In this document: positions 11,101-23,400 of the stretch, one piece after another
How the letters are laid out: each line of letters begins with the position of its first letter
Position numbering within the stretch: the stretch's first letter is position 1
DNA from: Phoronis australis
Taxonomy: Eukaryota > Animalia > Phoronida
Direction: 5' to 3'
Length of the DNA stretch: 46,478 bases
Assembly (NCBI GenBank): GCA_002633005.1
Contig: NMRA01000122.1
Span: 227,908 to 274,385, forward strand
Made by a program: the position numbers and the translations under genes
Notes under the pieces: model-generated
Seen by the model: the letters and a program-made list of their open reading frames with translations, nothing else
What the model was told of the DNA's origin: nothing
The model's database searches: none

Positions 11101-14100
11101 ACTACATTGTCATGAAAAGTTAATTTTGTTGAAAAATTTGGCAAAATGAAATTTCACCTGACCGCCAATATTGAGTCCCAAACTGAACAATTTTTACCAT
11201 AATGCCCAGTCTGGTAGGTCATAGTGTGTTATAGGCAAGAATGCACATTATGTACATAATATAGAAGCTGAGGTTGTCCAATAGTGAATCAAACAAACTC
11301 AGAAAAGTCAGGAACTCCAACTGGGAATCAAACCACTTATTTCTAGATTGTCGGTCTAGTGCTTTTACCACTGAGCTACTGAGGACTTGATATCTGTACC
11401 AAATGCTTCTGAATTATGGTTTTCTACACATTCTTCATAGTGTGAAGATCATGTACATAAAGAAATGAAATACGACTCACTTTCAGTGTTAGTAAAGAGT
11501 AGTAAACTTATGTGGAAGGGCATTGCAGTTGTTAAGATTGCTAGCTATGTGGTTATCAGTAGTGCATGTGAAAGGGCTGTTGTACTGATGTCAATGTTGG
11601 ATTATTATAGGGGACTGATTGTGAGTCCAAAACTTCATTTGAAATTAAATAATAAGAATGTGAGTTGCATTAATATGTATTTTTCATCATTCTGAGTCAT
11701 GACAACTTATTACTGTGTCTGAAATGTAATGTACTTGTCTAGTAAAGAGTGAAGAAAACGCTTTCATATTTGACGAAGATCTTTGTAGTCGTTGATCTTT
11801 ACACTGTTTCAGAATGTGCGTGAGCTTTCTGATAGTCAGAGGGCTTACAAAACAGACGTGACCAGGAATTTGGACGACAGTCAACATGCCAAACTGCAGA
11901 TTCATGAACTGAGGTTTGTTAATTCAGTGGCAGGGTTTGATGCGCTCTTAGTTCATGAGAAAGGTTGAACTGATTAAAATCTTTTAGGGCCCCAGAAATT
12001 GTGTACTGTAGTTAATCGATTATAAGCATGTGGGCTTGAAATTTATAGCTTCAAAGGAAGCAAGGGGGCTGGGGCTTATACTTAGATGGGCCTATGTTGT
12101 TGTGTGAGTCCATGAACTTGTATTGTACATCTGTGCCTGAGCCTGTTGACTTATATCAGACATCCGTGTATAAATCTGATGGTTTGTATTGCACATTCAC
12201 AATGACTCCAACTGTACCACCGTCGACAGATCTCTGGCTGCTTTAGGGAGACTTTATATAATTCTCTCGACCTCCCGTATCCTTAATAAAAACTCTCACC
12301 TTGAACCGCTTTATTAGTAATAATTTACATGTTTTCCTATGTCATTCTTAACTTAACATATTTTTTGAAAATACATTGAGTCAAAAGAATTTTTCTAGAA
12401 ACGTCCAAGGAGGGATTAAAATGCATCTTAGAACATCTAATTTCAAACAATTTTTCGATGAGGGACATCCCCCCCGAACACCCTTAGATTTGTTTCGCAC
12501 ATTAAGCAAATGTGGTGAACTTGAAAACCAACCCAGTGGACGTAGGTGCCCTTGTTATTTTGATCTTGTGCACACTTTACATGTCAATTTCTTGCATCTA
12601 ATGGTTGAATAGTACAATGTAAAACGGGGATTCAAAGGGTAGTGCATGTTAAAATCTTACCAATTTAGGACACAACATGGTAGATGAGTTTAATTCCCAC
12701 TTTAGTCATGAATGATAAGTAGCAATGCTTTAATTACCCTTTTGAAGTTTTTACTATAGCCACTAGAGGGCTGTCAAGATTTTGAAAAATTGTGAACGTT
12801 CGTAACAGTGCCTTTGACAAATGGCTGATTTAGGTAATTGATTGGTCTCAATTGGTGAAATTTTACCATGTTGTAAATTTGTAAAATTATAAATGCTGAG
12901 ATGCTATGACGAGGCATTTTGTTGTCATATTCAGGAGCTCAGTGCGTGGACTTCGAGAGAAAGTGTCTAACGTGGAATCTCAGATGTTTGACTCTACGAA
13001 AAAACAAAGTTTAAGTAAGTGTTTTGATGACTAAGCGATGATTTCTGGTTGTAAGCTGTGTCACTCTCGCTTGAAAATAGTTGTGATGTTTTGAACTTGA
13101 AAGAGGATATCAAAAATGTTTTTTTTCCAAATTGAACGTTATTGGAAAAAAGAAACACTTCATTTATGCTAAGTTTATTGGTTTAAGAGTGAGGTTTCTG
13201 GCACACGAACTTGGAAGATGTTCTTATTTGTCTGATGGTATTTGCTAATGGAGGAGCTCTGAGAAGTGCTACAAACTTCATGTTGAACACAAGAGGAGAA
13301 TGTCCGAGTTGTCACCATTTCAATCAGGGTCCATGGTCCCTAACTTTCTTTTAATACAACAGAGTACTCTTAAAACTGTAATCTGCTATCTTAGGTGTTG
13401 CTTTTCTTAATAATTAATAAGATTACAACCCCCCCCCCCAATGGAAATGCTCCAGTCAATGTAATTGACCAAAGGTTCCCTTAGCTATTGACTATAAAAT
13501 CTGGACAAATGTGAAAATATATTTTGATTTTGAAATGTCCACTCTTCTAATGCTTTAGTTCCAAGCAAAGTAGACAACAGGCATAAAGAAGGGAAACAGA
13601 GGCGCAGTAAAAATCACAAGAAATCATTAACGACATCTGACTTGGACGAATTGAGTCTGTCTTCAACCAGTGGACTTAGTACGCTCAGTTTAGCCGACTA
13701 CAGCTCCGACGACCTATCATTTACAGCTAAAAAGCCTCCAGCCAATGGTAACTCTATGTCTACGTTTTTTACCAGAGACTATTATTTTAGCAGCTACATA
13801 AAACTTCATTTGCTGCTTTTTTAACAGCTGAAATTGTTGCAATCCCTAAAATTTCGACTCCCAGTTTGTGTCGAGACGTCTGTAACAACTGCTCCAGTTT
13901 GTATTACTTTTTCGTCTTAGTTCATGTTGCAGTGGTACCTGTATTGTTGAATGACTGTACAAATTACTGCGAGCCTTCACTTCATGTTGCAGTGGTACCT
14001 GTATTGTTGAATGACTGTATTGTTGAATGACTGTATTGTTGAATGACTGTACAAATTGCTGCGAGCCTTCACATCATAGGTTGTGACGATCTGCACTTTC

Positions 14101-14399
14101 AAATTGTTGTCAGGTTGTGCAACATGGCAACACCAGAGTTTGAATGAGGGTGTCAAGTATTTGTGCTACAGTATTTGAACAAATATACTGAACAGATGAG
14201 TTTAATATTAAATGTATTGTGCCACAGGAATTGGTGTGACAGCAAGCAAATTTTGACTGAATGAGAGTCTAAGCATTCTTTCCTGTGACTACTCTTTTAG
14301 TAACCTCCTTTGGCCTTTTTTGTGTTTTCAGATCTCGCCTTAGATGACCTGGATTTGAGTGATGTGCCAAGTTTGAGTGCCAGTGATCTTGAACTATGA
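2041..14399 (+). CDS. Uncharacterised coiled-coil protein, 11 exons, ~429 aa
   Basis: join(2041..2104,5561..5613,5818..6123,7697..7778,8802..9003,10110..10177,10721..10797,11813..11913,12935..13014,13559..13747,14332..14399). All introns are GT-AG and phase-compatible, 1290 nt including TGA. The centre is heptad-like (IIDQLKQEVKRLSTEHDQDKQELQALR..., MEQWRRDLSSELQLMQSQM). The first exon is uncertain; an alternative ATG sits at 5551. Confidence 0.8.
2833..2895 (-). mobile_element. tRNA-derived SINE head fragment
   Basis: Minus strand reads TGGTCGAGTGGTTAAG (A box) ... GGTTCGAAAC (B box); no intact cloverleaf. Confidence 0.55.
3049..3452. mobile_element. Non-autonomous TIR element (MITE family A, CAGTG termini, hAT-like)
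   Basis: Perfect 19-bp TIRs CAGTGACCACCATCTCTAG (3049-3067) and CTAGAGATGGTGGTCACTG (3434-3452). Internal sequence is shared with copies at 31920, 33584 and 34290. No clean TSD. Confidence 0.75.
3591..3778. repeat. 44-bp tandem repeat, >4 copies, running into a gap
   Basis: Unit TAGACAGTGACCACCATCTCTAGTTGGCTCAGTAAAGATAGGAC. Confidence 0.95.
4003..4846. repeat. 37-bp minisatellite, ~23 identical copies
   Basis: Unit GTGTGCACTGTGTGTTGTTTAACAGGTATATCCCCTA, no spacers; begins at the gap edge. Confidence 0.97.
5561..5613 (+). CDS. Coiled-coil gene exon 2
   Basis: ctcag | ...NDEVTYLSKPRSSSSYE | gtaaga. Confidence 0.65.
5818..6123 (+). CDS. Coiled-coil gene exon 3
   Basis: tttcag | QRLSSAKY...HEQLNQQNK | gtaaat. 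Confidence 0.85.
6183..6418 (+). mobile_element. tRNA-derived SINE
   Basis: A box TGGCCTGGTTGA (6193) and B box GGTTCAAGTCC (6236), followed by a CCCTTGAGC core-like motif and a T-rich tail. Confidence 0.6.
7697..7778 (+). CDS. Coiled-coil gene exon 4
   Basis: ctgcag | IIDQLKQEVK...ELQALR | gtaatg. Confidence 0.85.
7916..8166. mobile_element. Palindromic (fold-back) MITE
   Basis: ~117-bp near-perfect inverted arms TATAAATAGGTAAATAAAACAACAAGAATGGATC...GATCCATTCTTGTTGTTTTACTTACCTATTTATA around a short loop. Confidence 0.8.
8802..9003 (+). CDS. Coiled-coil gene exon 5
   Basis: ttatag | ELSQVHNR...LRELQD | gtgagt. Confidence 0.85.
9015..9385. repeat. 25-bp minisatellite, ~15 copies
   Basis: Unit ACAGTGTAATACAGTAGTCTGGGTT, starting ~11 nt after the exon 5 donor. 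Confidence 0.93.
10110..10177 (+). CDS. Coiled-coil gene exon 6
   Basis: tattag | KRFVMDESQSVRREVDSIKTRL | gtattg. Confidence 0.82.
10721..10797 (+). CDS. Coiled-coil gene exon 7
   Basis: tttcag | KYEMDLTSLRTDTSEISRRVDRMDR | gtaatt. Confidence 0.85.
11315..11384 (-). mobile_element. tRNA-derived SINE head fragment
   Basis: Minus strand reads TAGCTCAGTGGTAAAAGCAC ... GGTTTGATTCCCAG, i.e. degenerate A and B boxes. Confidence 0.55.
11813..11913 (+). CDS. Coiled-coil gene exon 8
   Basis: tttcag | NVRELSDSQ...LQIHEL | gtttgt. Confidence 0.82.
12935..13014 (+). CDS. Coiled-coil gene exon 9
   Basis: attcag | SSVRGLREKVSNVESQMFDSTKKQSL | gtaagt. Confidence 0.82.
13559..13747 (+). CDS. Coiled-coil gene exon 10
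   Basis: ctttag | PSKVDNRHK...DLDELSLSS...KKPPAN | gtaact. Confidence 0.8.
13921..14072. repeat. ~60-bp tandem duplication with nested 17-bp triplication
   Basis: TTCATGTTGCAGTGGTACC...GAGCCTTCAC x2; TGTATTGTTGAATGAC is repeated within copy 2. Confidence 0.85.
14332..14399 (+). CDS. Coiled-coil gene exon 11 (last)
   Basis: tttcag | LALDDLDLSDVPSLSASDLEL*; AATAAA downstream at 14751-14756. Confidence 0.8.
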
Positions 14400-17255
14400 G
14401 AAATTAGTCAATCATCAGCTGTGTGTTCTCAGCACCATCCACTTGTTTCTATGTGCGTGAATTAACAATGGCTAACCATGAGCAGGAATTCAGTAAAGAC
14501 TGCCTCCATGGTGTGTTGTAGTGTGGCCAAGAGGGAACCTTATAGGTTCAGCTTGTACAAGACTTACACAGTGCCAGCATTTTCACTCCTCTGTGTGTGT
14601 GTGTGTGATAGGTTACATTTAACTAAAATTATGACAGAATAGGAAAATGTCTCATTAACGGTGCACTAGTGATGGTTCTTTATAAATGATAATCACTTGG
14701 TGAGAAAGTAACTGTAATGAAATTAATGACTAATAACTAACCCAAAGGCAAATAAAGAGTTGTCGCTTTGTTTCAAATTGGTGAAATTCTCATAGATTTG
14801 TTTAAAATATTTTCAAGTGTCATTATACAGTCCCTTTCACTCTATGTGTTCAAAAGTCATATTCCCAAACTGACAGTAGTGCTAGCACAAGTACATGAGC
14901 AAGCAACTTGTCCAGTCAGCTAAGCGTCCACATGACAAACTTGCCCCCAATCAGCCGAGCGTCCACATAACAAACTTGCCTCTAATCCGCTGAGCATAAG
15001 TGGTGAGAAAAAAGTAGCTCCAAGCGCGTAACTAATAATTGGTTGCATTTTGACAGTTTCTTGCCACACACTGCACTGAGGCAAGTAAACTAAATGCACT
15101 GCCACTATGAAGATGGGATACTTGTTCCAGTCCAATTATTGACTGAGGCAAGGTTTTGACACCAAACAAGGATATTTCTTGACTCATACATACAATCCAA
15201 TTGCATAACTACAAGCCCTGTTTATAATGTTCACTCTCTTATAACAATACATTCCATTAGTCCCATTATTGCAAAATACTTTTTCAATGCTTTGTTTTAA
15301 ACTAACACTCAAACGATGTTCACATGGTTATAATGTACCAATTTCAGTGTCCCAGTGGGTCACTTCAAATTGTCAACGAATCACGCAGACTCTCAGATTT
15401 CACATTTGCCTACAGCATGACACGCAAGTATGTGATTCGACAACCTTAGGTACAAAAATGGCGATGAAACGGTTCTATTTTCTCTAAAAAGTCAGTTTGG
15501 TTACAGTGAACTTCAGTTACAACAAAAGTCTTCAATAGCTTCGAGGAGGTTCGTTTTAACAAGGTTAGACCGTAATGGTCCATAATGATCGAACTGCCCT
15601 GTAAATAATTATGTTACAGTAGAACATATCGTTTTATCATGTGGATTGTTTACTTCATTGACATGATGCCTTTGGGACAAGTGTTGAATCATCTGACCCC
15701 TCGCAATAGACAGACAGTGCAACAATATGAAAAATTGGCAATTTAACTGGAAAAAAATCATTTTACGTGTTCATCAAGACTCGTACATAAAATTAATCAA
15801 GTGTTTATTATCCAAACTTAACACTCAATCAAGGACAATAAAGGTGGACACTGACAATGAATCACTACAAGAGTAGAGTAACACTCAACATTCAGTAGGT
15901 ACTGGTCATGAAAAATGGTTCCCCTTCTATTCTTTGATATTCTGAATAGATTGGTAATGAAAAGCTGCTCGCTAATACTGATGTGGTGGGTCCCATGTGT
16001 TGACCAGAATACGTGTGTTTCATACACAGGTCAGTTCACTACTGCCACCTTGTGAACAGTATATAGCCACCTATTACTGTAAAGAATTGTCAGGTTCATT
16101 ATCTGAATTCAGAGCATGTACTTCTGCAAACAGCTTAAAATGATTCTGAAATATTGTTACACTGCAAACACCAGTAGGTATAAACACCATACGAGGTAAG
16201 CCCCAACATAGAAAGCAAGAATTACATTACAATGACTTAAGACAAAAAATCTATCAAATGGCAAGCAAAATGTAAAGCTAGAAGGTGCCTCAGTAACACT
16301 AAGCAAGCCAAAATCATTTAAATAATTGAAAGTCCCATGTCACACTACTGTAATTAGGTGAAGCCAAAAAATCGCAAACTTCACACTGGAATAAATCACC
16401 TTAGCGGCACAGAAATTGATCTGGTCCATGATTTTATATATGTATAACAGAGAACACTTACTTGCTACCATGCTGCAAGGGGATATAAAACTTAAAGCAC
16501 ACGATATTGTAAATACTGGTGCCAACAGAGATAATTAAACAGGAATTAATGAAAATAATTGTCTTGTGACTAGTACAAGTTCCATTTCAAAACAATTGGG
16601 CATCAGAAAATGCGATCACATTATTTAGAGATTACGTATTTATAAGAAAAACTTCCCTGATGGCAATGGAGGTCCTTGCACAAGTTATAAAAGAAAATCA
16701 AAACTATCAAAACATGCCTGAGCCAACATCACTCCCAAAATGCTACAGCACCACTTGAGTACTTCTCCCACCTCACATAATAAATTAATGCCACATTGAA
16801 ATACCAGCAAACTTGTTGAAGAAATAATGATGTGCAATGCATTCGAATTGTACTCGTCATTTTGAAAACTGGGTCAGCCAGATTCATTTCCTACTTCAGT
16901 AAAAAAGCTTCAGGAGGTAGCAAATGCAAGTAATTTTAAACTGGCAAATAACTCTAGATAAGTTGATTGGGCAATATGGAGACAAAAATGCTTTAAATAC
17001 ACATTGTAAGACAAGGTTTGAAATTGAATATAAACAGTTCAACATTAAAACTGTAGATTAAATTGTATAAAACACCAAATATAACTGAATCACTAACTAG
17101 CAAGACATCTAGATAGCTCATTTTAAAATCAATAATTTAAATAGCTTTCTACACTTTTAATGCTTTACAATACCATGTTAAAATGTTAGACGTTTAGAAA
17201 ATACTTAAGCTGCAATGTCTATGTTTTCTTTCTTATTGTTATTCAGTGGTCATGC

Positions 17256-17409
17256 CTATCTTCTGGCTTGGCGGTTTATTTTATCGTAGACATCGGGGAA
17301 AGCCTTCTTGCAGTCCAACCCCTCTCTCATTCTGTCATACAAACTGTGGTCGAACATTTGCCGGAACTCTTCCCTGGTCATGAAGGAATCAGCGTACAGC
17401 ATCTGAAAT
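17256..17409 (-). CDS. DHCR24: DHCR24 exon 8 (last)
   Basis: ctgcag | [10 protein letters not shown]...[10 protein letters not shown]. Confidence 0.95.
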
Positions 17410-20400
17410 CTGCAGAAGGTCTCGTGCATCAGTATACTGTCTGTAGTCAATAGTTAATATGTACTGCAAGGTCATTCAAAATATGAATCCTGGTTGAAAC
17501 TGGAATCTGAGGTGAAAAATTACATTTAGATGGAACTAGAACCCCATCAACACACTGGTCACTATGTAAAACACCAAACCCATAGCAGGGTGCTCAGTCA
17601 CACAAACCACGTTTCAAACTTTCAAAAGAAAATGATTTCCATTCCCAAATGAGCGATTCAGGGCACCAACTGCAGTTCATCTTCCTTTAAATGTGAGAAA
17701 TGAATTGTTTTCAGACATGGTCAGGAAGAGTTTGAGAACAGGTTTTAAAAGTAAATCAATCAATTTCATGACTTTCTTGTAATGGCCCTAACATGAAGGA
17801 AACAGTGGTGGCCTCTGATTGATATTGCTACAGTGAAGTAGTTTTCAAAAAGTCTACGAATGTTGGTGAAATTTCGTAAAAAAATTCCAGCTAGATGATA
17901 TGAGAAACTTAATTTTCATCTGCTTTCCTGATGAGTTCTCCCATTAACTCTGACAGAAACAAGATGAATTTTGATGAAACTCAACTGTTTTTTCGAAAAA
18001 CACTTCAGATCTTGGAGATCCTACACAATCCCCTCATCTTAAATAACAATACAATTGTCCCTTATAATGACTTACTCTGAAGAATGCGGTAACTTTTTTA
18101 AATTAAAATAGTGCAGGAATACTTCCACTAAACTAAGTCATTGCTTACCCTTTCACATCCCGGACAAACTTCTCCAGCTTCCTGGTGGTAGACTTTGCCT
18201 CATAGTCCTTTGTGGTGGGGGCACCATACGCACCGATATCCACATACATCTCCTCGGCACTTCCTCCGGGGTGAACCATTCCAGGATTCGCGGGCAAGTT
18301 GAAGGGACACAACCACAGAGGGTACATCTGAAATTGTTCAAAAGAAAGGGTTTAACATATTAACCCAAAAAAATGAAACATGAAAGGAACACAAATGGGT
18401 TAAACATGAAACAATTTAACAAGAAACAGTTAATAAACAAGAATGGTTAATAAACAAATAAGGGTTAAAATTGAAAGGCTTTCACACAAAAAGCAAACAG
18501 AAATGGGTAAATGTGCAAAATATGCTGGAAATACATGTGATGTAGTTGATACAGAAATTGCAAAGTTGCCAATATCTATAAAATAAAAAGCAAAAAATGA
18601 GACTAGACAAGCAATGACATCAGAAACTGGAAGACAGTACTCCTTTCAAAAATCAAGGTCTAACAACATTTTGTTGTATTCACTACACTGCAACCAGTAA
18701 ACTTATTTACATCAGAACGATATCCTTATAATCATAATGTAAAGTAGTGATAAGCATAGCAACTATGAGCTACAATGTGCCTATTGCCCTACTGACCCAC
18801 AGCATTGTGGGTAAATATCTCAGAATGTGAGAAGGCCTATCACTTACTTTAATTTCATTTTCAAAACACTTGAGAGAGTCGGCCAACTTGGATATGGGCA
18901 CCAGCATATCCTGTATGATCTGATGTTCCTCGTACATGCGCTTGGTAGTCTCGCTCTGGGTCAGTTTGAGTAATGAAATCTTGGGTGGTACCATCCAACC
19001 AAACAGATAGCGGAACAAGGGGTTGTTACCAAATGGAATAATGTCCTACGGCAAAAGTGAAATTGTATGGTGAGCAAAACAGATTACATGGCTTGGATAT
19101 ATTTCGAGGTGGCCTTGACTTGGACACTGATATTGCGTGGCCATCAAACTCAGTACATCCCATGGCCTCTGCATATACCACAGGTACTCTGGATGCAATA
19201 TTTATAAAACAAAATTAATCTAGTTATTATTTACATGAAATAAGAAGACAGGAACTTAATCAATCATGACCATATTTCAATGAGAAATTATTCACCAAAA
19301 CACACTCTCATTTGACAAATGAAGCAATTGAGACTCCAATGATTATTCTTCCAACTGAAATCCTCATCGACTATGCATACTCCACCTCCTTGTAATTACA
19401 AGGATTTTTCCTGGAGCATTACTGAATGTACAAAAATGCCAAGCGTGCAATGTAAAATGCCACTGCTATGACTGAGCAAAGTTGGATACAGATGCCAGTA
19501 AATGTGCGTTTAAGGTTATCTCAAACATTATTTATACTTACTAGCCATTATTATAATTAAGCTAACACTTTTTAAGGCAAAACTTCACCTTTAGGAAAGG
19601 TACATTCGTAGCAAAACAACACCTCTGCCGTATTTAATGAAACCTTTTTAAATGAAAACTTAACCACTTACCTCACACTATTAGGAATTTTCGATTACTC
19701 TTTTAGTTTGGTTTCTAAGACAAATTAACTCACAAAACGGAAGTTTTTTTTTTTTAAAATTGCAGACATATTTGTCTTTGTTACATTATGCAAAAACTAA
19801 GCCTTTATATCGAAAATCCTAACAGCATTTATGAGACTGATGACTAAATATTAAATTCGGAAAGTTTCAGCAAAGTCGTTTTCAAGAACTTGTGTTCCTA
19901 AGTTCAAATTAAGTCGATTTGCCGAGAAAAAGCCGATTAAGTTGTGAGACGTGAAAATCTCAAAATCTTCAGTTAATTATGCGGTGAAAACTTGTTTTCG
20001 GTCATGTTCGCTACTTCAACGTTCACTCGCACTGTCAACTGAATTTGCAGTACGTAATTAACTTAATTATCACTAAAACGTTTTACGACCACCTCCAGCT
20101 AAGACGGAGTCTACAGATGACATACTTAAATGTATGTCAACAGTTCATTGTTATACACACCATGCACCAGGAGATTGATATGAATCCAAGTATGAAATGG
20201 ACAACAGAAATCAAGTCGGTGGTTAAAGCGTGTTGTGAGTACGAGATCGAAACAGCGAAATGTCAAATTACAAATCGAATGAATTTGGGTGAGGATTTTT
20301 CTCTTTTCAAAACTTGTTGTGTTTGTGAACACAATTAAGGTCAAAGAGGCGTGCGGCGACTCAGAGCATTCGTTCTTAACAGTCGTACGCATGTAGATGC

Positions 20401-23400
20401 ACAACTATACATTTTGTTTTCTTCAGTGACTCACCTGAATCTGCCAGAATATACTGCGTGAGTGCCGATGGTAATAGTGTCTCAGGGGTATATACTCCAC
20501 ACAGGGACCAGTCTTGAGCATCTGTTCAACATGCTTGAAGAACCATGGTTTCCAGAAGTTGCCTATTTCATTCACCTGAATACAATGAATGTCAAGGTGT
20601 TCAGCAGATTGTGCATGCACGAACGTTCACTTACTTAGCACACAATATGGCCGACAAATGAAATTCTATCGTTATGTACCATTGCCCTAGACTGTTAAAA
20701 CCAAGAAATTTCCAACAACATGATCTGATCTAGAATCACGCTAGATTAAACTTGACAAACAAGCCTATTATATTGGTACACAAAGCTGTGGTAGTAGGGT
20801 CAGAGCTTACAGTTACACAAGTTAGCAGTTGAAAGTTAAGTCCTCTGTTTTTCTCCGTTTAAAATTTTTGGTGGCATTTGTTGAGTCATTAGGAAATAGA
20901 ATTTTTTAAATATCAGTTAGCGTCAAGCATGCTGTTCACAACATAATTCATGGATTACGTGAGCTTATCAGATGAATGCAGGCAATGAGAGAGTTGGACT
21001 ATGTAAACATTGGTTTGATAACTTTCTCCCCTTTCTATCACTATCACATTGATAACGACACATCTCTATCCCCAATTCCTGATCAGCAACATTGGGAAAC
21101 ACACCCTAAAGTGCAGGAGCATAACGTTTGTCAAATTTCTACAGAAAAAGAAAGATTAAAAAAAGTTTGATCTATTACATGCTTGGTCTTGCAATGTTTA
21201 GATTTAATAAAACAACATTTAGTGACAGAGGTTTCCATTACAAGAAGATGGAATAATTAACGACTTACTGTGTCAAATATCTTTTGCAAAATAAGAAGAG
21301 AATTAGCATCAGATATTTTCATTTTTATTGATGACATTTTGGCACACAAATTGGTTAAAAGTTAAACGGATATGAACACTATCAGTCCATGTACAGGTTG
21401 TTTATCATGACATTTTTAACAGTTTATGAGGAATTAAGTTTTAGAGCCCATTACATTTAAAACAGTCAGTAACTGTATTGTATGATATTGCACAGAAATC
21501 ATGTTCAAACAACATAAAGTCATAAAAATCAAAAACTTTACTTATTTCGCTGATTTATTTTTCAAATGCACAAAACATGAGACAAGCACCTGAGACTGGC
21601 ACGAATGCAATAAGCGAGCACTCGACTTGATAGACAACACAGGTAAGGAAATTAAAGTTATGTAAGTCGCTATCAACGAGTGTGTGTGTTTAGCCAAATA
21701 TCAACAAAGCTATAGATATTGACTTTAGTTAGTAAAAGCAGATTACATTTTCTGAAAGTTGAAAACCTGCAGAGTTTGATATAATTTTTACCAGTCTACA
21801 ATTAACTGGATCACCTGACCAATATCTTTTTAGTAAAATTTAGCTAAAAGGAAAAATACTTTGATAACAAAACCATGAGATCAAATCGCAAGATCAATTC
21901 TTATTTTCATGTTCATACTTTAAACATTCCCTTTAAACAAACAAGCATCTCTTTGGATAAATCTATGAAATTTCTCAAACGTCACATGGTCAGCCACACC
22001 AGTTCCATCCATAATTCAGTCTCACTGCAGGGGGCTAGTCATCAATAGACTTACTATTTCTTAGGTCACATGATGAAGGTTAATTACTGCTATTTATCAG
22101 ATCACCTCTAAATAGAATGTTACAGTTATTGTAAAATAACTTGCACGTCATTTTTGTATAGTCTGACTTAAATAAGTAAGAATGCAGATGTACTTAAATA
22201 GCTGAGAAAGTTGGCAATTTCAGCAAAAATCGCAATGAGTAACACAAGAACGACTTAATGCATAAATTTTTCAAAGATTAATTTTTTTCAAGACTGAAAG
22301 TAAAATAAGTATGTGACTCAAAACATTTTATTTAAAATTTACACAAGAATTATTTTTTCACTCATTAAAATGAAATTTAGTGTACCAAAAAATAACAGCT
22401 GAAAAAATATTTTAAATTCGTTTTTTCTTAATCTACCAGAAAAACCAGGGGAGACTAGAAATGCTACATGGAATAGGTTGAAACGTCACAATTTCCCATA
22501 CTGCTTTACTGTTTTTATACCTTTCCAGGTTCAGCCTCGTCTGTCAAACTTCCAGTCATCACAACACATCTGTCAATAGAGTACATCAAACCCTCGACGA
22601 ACATGCTGGGATCCTTTTTGGTCGACTCTTCACTGAACTTGGCCACTGACTCTTTGAATGAATGTGTTGGATGGTACTCCATTCTCACATACTTCTTAGC
22701 CGGAATTATCGTGATTTCTGCTGCCACTAGGAATCCCAAGGTTCCATAAGACCACGGAATAGCGTAAAACAAGTCAGGGTTCTCATCCTGTGGAAAGATT
22801 GTGAAATTTTGATACAACAGAGAAAATAAAATATTCCAGGCTGTACTTTTTTAGACGGGGTAATGAAACAATTATCTTCTCAACACCACAAAGCCCCTGT
22901 TAGAGCTGTATTTAGTTACACTGAGTCCAGCTGGGACAGTTATATGACTAAAAACAGAGCTCACAAAGAACTACTTTCACTGACCTTGTAAGTCAATTTC
23001 AAAGGGCCTATTGTGTTTGAAGGATACCTATGATTTACAACATTCCCCTGCAAAATTCTAAGCCACTGTTGGACTACTTACCTCCTCAAAGCCCAAAATG
23101 AAACATGTCTGCAGATAATCATTGTAGAAGCTCACCAAAACAAGCATCGAAACTTACCATTTGACTAAAATGGTTGTTCATATTAGAAAGCTAGAAATTT
23201 CAAGCATTACAATTCATTGAACCAACGGTTTTAAACTTAAAATGTTGACTCTATGACTTGATTAACATGTTCCTAATGTCATTGATTCAATGAAACAAAT
23301 AAGGTCCAAGACCACAGGTCGTGCTTTTGTAGCTCCCCCAAAATATGAAGAAAATGAATTGGGTCAGGTTTGACAGCAACTTTTTGGACTAGACGGAAAG

